A DNA stretch of 64,000 nucleotides, taken from a virus. How positions within the stretch are numbered: the first letter of the stretch is position 1; every line of letters begins with the position of its first letter. A program made the position numbers and the translations under genes. Location of the stretch: IMG/VR virus record IMGVR_UViG_3300044729_002129, positions 1 through 64,000 of that record; one strand, given 5' to 3'. The notes under the pieces were generated by a model that saw only the letters and a list, made by a program, of their open reading frames with translations, had not been told where the DNA came from and searched no databases. Positions 58,905-64,000 of this stretch are shown piece after piece.

Positions 58905-58928
58905 ATGTTAATAAATAGTTGTTATAAA

Positions 58929-58956
58929 TTGACGAATGTTACTTATGGTATACTAT
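58929..58956 (+). promoter_or_regulatory. sigma70-like promoter TTGACG-N16-TACTAT
   Basis: Second ATG (58964) lies 7 nt downstream of the -10 box. Confidence 0.5.
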
Positions 58957-59842
58957 GGAATCTATGGAAGTACAAGAAATAAAAAAGAACCGGGTCAGTT
59001 TCAGTCAGTATTCAACTTACTTGAAATGTCCACATAAATGGTATCTTGACTATGCAAAGAACTTGCGTATCAAGGACGATAGCATCCACACCACCTTTGG
59101 TACCGCAATTCATCATGCTTTTCAAACATATTTGACTTCCCTATACAATGAAGGTGTAGGTATTGCAGATGCATTGGATGTCAAGAAATTGTTCTTGGAT
59201 AAATTCAATGAGGAAATTAAAAAGGTAAAAGATCTAAAAGAAGATGATGTGACTGAATTCATATTTGATGGTCATGATATTATTGATGCCTTTTGTAAGT
59301 CTGCAAATAGATTAAAACACTTTCCCACCAAAGATTATGACCTAGTAGGTATTGAAATTCCACTGGAGATTCCAATCAAAAATAATGTAAACTTCGTTGG
59401 ATTCGTAGATATTATCCTCAAAGAAAAGAACCGAGAGTATTACAAGATCATTGACTTTAAAACAAGTAGTAGTGGTTGGAATAGTTACATGAAGGAAGAT
59501 GAAAGCAAAATCGCTCAACTTCATCTATACAAAAGCGTTTATAGTAAAAAATTCAATGTACCTCTAAATAGCATTGAGGTTGAATTCTTCATCGTTAAAC
59601 GCAAACTTTATGAAAACGTTAGCTTTCCACAAAGCAGAATTCAAATATTCAGACCACCATCCGGTCCCACTTCTATCAAAGAATCTATCAATAACTTCAT
59701 TGAATTCTTAAATCACGGCTTCAAAGAAGATGGTACTTATAACTTAGAAAATCAATACATTAAGATTCCAGGTAACGGAAAAAAGAATTGTAAGTACTGC
59801 ACCCATTACAAAAAACTATGTGATGGCAAAGCTAGCAAATAA
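58955..59842 (+). CDS. PD-(D/E)XK nuclease, AddB/Cas4-like with four Cys
   Basis: SFSQ...CP..W, GTAIH, G.VD, IIDFKT, QL.LY, CKYC......C. Confidence 0.85.
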   Translation: MESMEVQEIKKNRVSFSQYSTYLKCPHKWYLDYAKNLRIKDDSIHTTFGTAIHHAFQTYLTSLYNEGVGIADALDVKKLFLDKFNEEIKKVKDLKEDDVTEFIFDGHDIIDAFCKSANRLKHFPTKDYDLVGIEIPLEIPIKNNVNFVGFVDIILKEKNREYYKIIDFKTSSSGWNSYMKEDESKIAQLHLYKSVYSKKFNVPLNSIEVEFFIVKRKLYENVSFPQSRIQIFRPPSGPTSIKESINNFIEFLNHGFKEDGTYNLENQYIKIPGNGKKNCKYCTHYKKLCDGKASK

Positions 59843-59844
59843 AA

Positions 59845-59892
59845 ATAACACATTTGTGAATATATACATATGTATATATGTAAATATGTTAT
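59845..59892. repeat. palindrome/inverted repeat overlapping RHH gene start
   Basis: Perfect 20-bp palindrome ATATATACATATGTATATAT (59860-59879) with outer arms ATAACACATTTG / TAAATATGTTAT. Confidence 0.75.
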
Positions 59893-60109
59893 GGATCAAT
59901 TTGTTACAACAGTAAAACTAGACAATGAGTTGTACTCACAATTCAAAGAAATCAACGTCAGAAGCAAAATATCTTTTCAAGACTTTGTAAATAAATGTCT
60001 TGAACGATACATTGACGATGCTAACTTTAGAAACGCAATCAGCGAAAGTGTTGTACAAAAGTTAAGTTTTAACCAACCATTTCAACTTTCAAACCCCAAG
60101 GAAAAATAA
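59891..60109 (+). CDS. ribbon-helix-helix-like DNA-binding protein
   Basis: TTVKLD.ELY..FK......ISFQDFVN.CL..YI; start moved to MDQFV. Confidence 0.6.
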   Translation: MDQFVTTVKLDNELYSQFKEINVRSKISFQDFVNKCLERYIDDANFRNAISESVVQKLSFNQPFQLSNPKEK

Positions 60110-60651
60110 TGAAAAAAAAGATACTATTATTGAGTGACGATCTAAGAATGCATAGTGGTGTTGCAACCATGAGTAGAGAATTGGTATTAGGTACTCTACA
60201 TCACTATGATTGGGTACAAATCGCAGGCGCAATCAAACACCCAGAACAAGGTAAAGTTATCGACATGAAAGAAGCATGCGATAAACTAAATGGTAGAAAT
60301 GACAACTATTTGAGATTGTATCCAGCTGATGGATATGGTAACGAAGAATTGTTATTTCAACTAATTGCTCATGAAAAACCAGATGCTATTATGCACTTCA
60401 CAGACCCACGTTTCTGGGGTTGGTTGTATAATATTGAACATCAAATTCGTGCCAAGATTCCACTAACATATCTAGACATTTGGGATGATCTACCATATCC
60501 AATGTGGAACAAACCATTCTATAAGTGTTGTGACGCATTGTTTGCAATTAGTAGACAAACTGATAATATCAATAAGTGGGTACTAGGACCAGAAAATTGT
60601 ACCAGTATCTATGGTGATTTTGACAACAACGGAAACATTATTAAAGGATAA
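60109..60651 (+). CDS. GT-B glycosyltransferase N-terminal half
   Basis: ILLLSDD....SGVA, DAIMHFTDP.FW, WDDLP.P, ISRQT. Confidence 0.7.
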   Translation: MKKKILLLSDDLRMHSGVATMSRELVLGTLHHYDWVQIAGAIKHPEQGKVIDMKEACDKLNGRNDNYLRLYPADGYGNEELLFQLIAHEKPDAIMHFTDPRFWGWLYNIEHQIRAKIPLTYLDIWDDLPYPMWNKPFYKCCDALFAISRQTDNINKWVLGPENCTSIYGDFDNNGNIIKG

Positions 60652-60654
60652 TTT

Positions 60655-61626
60655 ATGCCAGTAAAAGGAAAACATCTATTACACTTAGTGCCACATGGTA
60701 TCAATAGTGACGAATTCAAAGCACTTGACAACAAACATCAATCTGTTGTTAAGTTGAAGAAAGAATATTTCAAAGATAAGGAATATAACTTTGTAGTTGG
60801 ATTCAACAGCAGAAATGCTCACCGCAAACATCCTGCGAATCTAATTTTAGCATTTAAAGCATTTTGTTCTACATTGACCAAAGAAGAAGCTGATAAATGT
60901 GCATTGTTACTTCATACAGATGAAATTTGTGAAGCTGGTACTGACCTACCAGCTACTACAAAAGCTATTGCTCCAGAATGCAATGTTATTTTTGATGATA
61001 GTCGAAAAACTCCCGAAGAAATGGTTGCGTTCTATAACATCTGTGACGTTGTAGCAAACGTAAGTTCCAACGAAGGGTTTGGTCTAAGTATCGCAGAATC
61101 ATTAATGTGTGAAACTCCAGTAATTGCAACAGTCACAGGTGGTCTACAAGATCAATTGGGTATTACAGATGATAGTGGTAATCCAGTTGAATTCAATCGT
61201 GACTTTGGTACAAATTGTACTGGACGATACAAGAACCATGGCAAGTGGGCTAAGCCAGTTTGGACCAAGGTACACAATATGCAAGGTAGTCCTCCTACAC
61301 CATACATTTTGGATGACATGACCAATTATAGTGATATTGCAGATGCTATTATGTATTGGTATTTGGCTGGCTCTCAAAAGCGTGAGGAGTGTGGTAAAGA
61401 AGGTCGTCGTTGGGCAATGAATGAAGGTGGTATTAATTCAAAGAACATGTGCGATCAGTTTATCAAAGCCATGGACTTTACATTGAATAACTTTAATCCT
61501 GTTAATAAGTTTGACTTGTTTACATTCGACGGATACAATACTAAGTCATTACCAGACAATGCTTTGGGATTTGATTTACACAAAATTGACGTTGATAAAA
61601 TCAAAAAAGAGGTATCTAGTCTATGA
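60655..61626 (+). CDS. GT-B glycosyltransferase C-terminal half
   Basis: VPHGIN, RN..RK, YN..D, SNEGFGLS.AES......IAT.TGGL.DQ. Confidence 0.75.
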   Translation: MPVKGKHLLHLVPHGINSDEFKALDNKHQSVVKLKKEYFKDKEYNFVVGFNSRNAHRKHPANLILAFKAFCSTLTKEEADKCALLLHTDEICEAGTDLPATTKAIAPECNVIFDDSRKTPEEMVAFYNICDVVANVSSNEGFGLSIAESLMCETPVIATVTGGLQDQLGITDDSGNPVEFNRDFGTNCTGRYKNHGKWAKPVWTKVHNMQGSPPTPYILDDMTNYSDIADAIMYWYLAGSQKREECGKEGRRWAMNEGGINSKNMCDQFIKAMDFTLNNFNPVNKFDLFTFDGYNTKSLPDNALGFDLHKIDVDKIKKEVSSL

Positions 61627-62303
61627 AAATTCAAGTACTTAAAAACGAAGTCTATCAAGACGTAGAAGATCTACCCAAGAAAGGTACAGATCGTGCTACT
61701 GGTTATGATATAGTTACTACAAGTGAACCCGAGATTGTTGGTGAAACAACAGATAATATCACATATACCAGAGTAGATTATATTCAATATAAAACTAACC
61801 TTAAACTAGCTGTACTGAAAGAACGTGAGTTTAGTAATTTTGGTTATAAAGATATTGATCATGATGTATTAGCATTTCCACGTAGTAGTGTTAGCAAGTA
61901 CAATTTAGTATTGGCTAATTGTATTGGATTGATTGACGCAGATTATCGTGGAGAAGTATTGCTACGTTTCAAGTATATATGGCAACCAGAAGATTATAGA
62001 ATTACAAAGGATAATCTTTTAGAAGGTATCGTTAATAGCAACAAAATCTACAAAAAAGGTGATAAAGTTTGCCAACTCAAAGCAACCAGAGTAGAAAATA
62101 TACAGTTTGTTTTGGTAAATGAATTGGATACTACCAACCGAGGTGAAGGTGGTTTTGGAAGCACAGATACCAAAAAAGCTCCAAGTGCGGAAGATGCTAG
62201 TAAACATATGACTACAATGGAAGCATTATACAATAAGGTTGGTGGCGTACCTACTCCATCTAAAAAATATACAGAGTTAATGAAAGAAAGGAACTTACAA
62301 TAA
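61623..62303 (+). CDS. dut: dUTPase
   Basis: GYDI, PRSS, GLIDADYRGE, GDKVCQ, RGEGGFGST. Confidence 0.92.
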   Translation: MKIQVLKNEVYQDVEDLPKKGTDRATGYDIVTTSEPEIVGETTDNITYTRVDYIQYKTNLKLAVLKEREFSNFGYKDIDHDVLAFPRSSVSKYNLVLANCIGLIDADYRGEVLLRFKYIWQPEDYRITKDNLLEGIVNSNKIYKKGDKVCQLKATRVENIQFVLVNELDTTNRGEGGFGSTDTKKAPSAEDASKHMTTMEALYNKVGGVPTPSKKYTELMKERNLQ

Positions 62304-62304
62304 T

Positions 62305-63648
62305 ATGAGCAAGCCAGTATGTGTAATTCAGGGACCAGTCTTTAATCGTAGTGGTTATGGAGATTGGGCTACTACAATTGCCAAGAGTCTAATTCGTCAA
62401 GATAAATATGACGTAAAGATTCTTCCAACACGTTGGGGTAATTGTCAAACCAAGAGATTTGTAGAAGAACTAAATGATCCAAATGATCAATTACTATTCT
62501 CTAAGTTCCTACAAAAGGGATTGGATAAACAGCCAGAGTTATTTATTCAAGTTACCATTCCAAATGAGTTTCAAAAGGTTGGTAAGTATAATATTGGTAT
62601 GACCGCAGGTATTGAAACAACCGCCTGTGCTGGTGAATGGATTGAAGGTGTAAATCGTATGGATCTAACCATCGGTTTGTCAAATCATGTGAAGAAGACC
62701 TTCCAAGATACAAAATACAAAAAGAAGCTTGAAAATGGTAGAGAAGAACCTATCGAAGTAAACAAACCTATTGAAGTATGTTTCTGGGGAGCCAATACGG
62801 ATATCTACAAGAAAACAGACATCATCGAACCAAACGTTGATAGTGCGTTGTCTAAGATTTCAGAAAAACATGCATTTTTGTTTGTTGGTCAATGGACACA
62901 CCAAGGTTTATATAATGATCGTAAGGATATTGGAAACCTTATCAAAACATTCTGCAACGCTTTCAAAAACTTTGAACCAAACAATAGACCTTGTTTGATT
63001 CTAAAGACAAATGGTGCTGGTTACTCAACCGTTGATCGATTTGATACACTAGAAAGAATCAATAAGATTCGTAATAGTGTAAGTCCAAATGCTCCAAGTG
63101 TTTATCTACTACATGGTGAATTGAATGACGTTGAAATGAATAGTCTATTCAATCACCCAAAAGTAATTAGTCACGTATCATTTACCCATGGTGAAGGTTT
63201 TGGTCATCCCATGTTGTTGTCAACATTGAGTGGTAAACCATTGTTGGCTCCAAACTGGAGTGGTCATTTGGATTATTTGAATCCAGCAAATGCAAATCTA
63301 TTACCTGGTACTTTGGTTGATGTTGATAAAAAATCAGTCAACGAATGGATTATTAAGGAAAGCAAGTGGTTTAGAGTATCTTATTCACTAGCTGAAGATA
63401 AGTTGAAGTATATCTATCAGAATAGAAATAATGATAAAGTTATTCAAAAGGCTGAATATCTACGTGTTGAAAATGCTGAAAAGTTTAGTTTACAGGCGAT
63501 GGATACAAAGTTGTGGTCTATTATGGACAAATATGTTCCAGAATTTGCCACTGAGAATAAGTTTGTTCTACCCAAATTAAAATCAGTAGGTAGTTCAGTT
63601 GCAAGTGCTACTGATAAATTAGTATTACCAAAACTAAAGATGCAATAA
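62305..63648 (+). CDS. GT-B (GT4-like) glycosyltransferase
   Basis: RSGYG, TAGIET, DRKD, HGEGFG.P.L......P. Confidence 0.8.
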   Translation: MSKPVCVIQGPVFNRSGYGDWATTIAKSLIRQDKYDVKILPTRWGNCQTKRFVEELNDPNDQLLFSKFLQKGLDKQPELFIQVTIPNEFQKVGKYNIGMTAGIETTACAGEWIEGVNRMDLTIGLSNHVKKTFQDTKYKKKLENGREEPIEVNKPIEVCFWGANTDIYKKTDIIEPNVDSALSKISEKHAFLFVGQWTHQGLYNDRKDIGNLIKTFCNAFKNFEPNNRPCLILKTNGAGYSTVDRFDTLERINKIRNSVSPNAPSVYLLHGELNDVEMNSLFNHPKVISHVSFTHGEGFGHPMLLSTLSGKPLLAPNWSGHLDYLNPANANLLPGTLVDVDKKSVNEWIIKESKWFRVSYSLAEDKLKYIYQNRNNDKVIQKAEYLRVENAEKFSLQAMDTKLWSIMDKYVPEFATENKFVLPKLKSVGSSVASATDKLVLPKLKMQ

Positions 63649-63649
63649 T

Positions 63650-64000
63650 ATGTTTTTGTCATATCTAGTCACCTGTCATAATGAAACTTCTAGCTTGGAT
63701 AAATTATTATCTAAGTTGGTACAAAACAGAAAGGATAACCATGAGATTGTTCTTCTTGATGATTATTCAGATAATCCAGAAACTCTGGACATTATACAAA
63801 AATATAAAGAACAAACGTCGTTCCATCAACACAGACTAGATCGCAATTACGGAGCACACAAAAACTATGGTATTGAACAATGCAAAGGTAATTGGATATT
63901 CCAACTTGATGGAGACGAATATCCAACAGACCTCCTTTTGGAAAATATAGATGCGGTATTGGAATCCAATAACAACAACGAAGTACTTTGGTTACCAAGA
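63650..64000 (+). CDS. GT2 glycosyltransferase, runs off window end
   Basis: Read manually: MFLSYLVTCHNE...LDDYSD...KNYGIEQCKGNWIFQLDGDE...LPR. Confidence 0.8.
   Translation, partial: MFLSYLVTCHNETSSLDKLLSKLVQNRKDNHEIVLLDDYSDNPETLDIIQKYKEQTSFHQHRLDRNYGAHKNYGIEQCKGNWIFQLDGDEYPTDLLLENIDAVLESNNNNEVLWLPR

Noticed and set aside
58955-59842. Cas4 as part of a CRISPR system
   Set aside because: No cas1/cas2 or array; solo PD-(D/E)XK nucleases are common in phage replication regions
549-63998. Many 60-155 aa ORFs antisense or out of frame within larger genes (e.g. 549..788, 15634..15990, 36662..37129, 53645..54094, 63792..63998)
   Set aside because: Shadow ORFs of well-supported genes, with no motifs or start signals
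1-64000. Stop-codon reassignment as in some large phages
   Set aside because: Standard code gives full-length conserved genes and near-complete coding density; TAA, TAG and TGA all end genes
1-64000. tRNA, rRNA, CRISPR array or large ncRNA
   Set aside because: No intergenic space of adequate size, no T-loop/CCA signatures and no repeat-spacer periodicity noticed by eye
1-64000. Eukaryotic giant virus origin
   Set aside because: Sigma70 promoters, ATGA-coupled operons, lysozyme, bacterial IscU/RmlA and gp45-like clamp indicate a bacteriophage

Overview
This window is 64 kb of an AT-rich, densely coding large dsDNA bacteriophage genome with T4-like replication genes, read in the standard genetic code. 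Core genes include family-B DNA polymerase, sliding clamp, clamp loader, SNF2-like helicase, PD-(D/E)XK nuclease, thyA, DHFR, dCMP deaminase, dUTPase, ClpP, and HNH, T5orf172 and SNase nucleases. The dominant feature is a very large glycan-building repertoire. It has about 25 glycosyltransferase-like ORFs in several paralog families, NDP-sugar pathways (RmlA/RmlB with a bifunctional epimerase-reductase, Gmd with a ColD-type His dehydratase, Glf), O-methyl- and N-acetyltransferases, two paralogous cobalamin-dependent radical SAM enzymes, IscU and a ferritin-like protein. Other signals are modular virion-type polyproteins punctuated by [ILV]-x-E sites (one ending in a lysozyme) and a recurring TA[T/C]TTAT motif 4-12 nt before start codons. 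There are also sigma70-like promoters giving near-leaderless mRNAs, a start-codon-sequestering hairpin, a palindrome over an RHH gene start, and a glycosyltransferase split by one in-frame TAA. IscU and other genes hint at a Verrucomicrobiota host (inference). No tRNA, rRNA or CRISPR array was seen. All calls come from motif recognition by eye; no searches were run.
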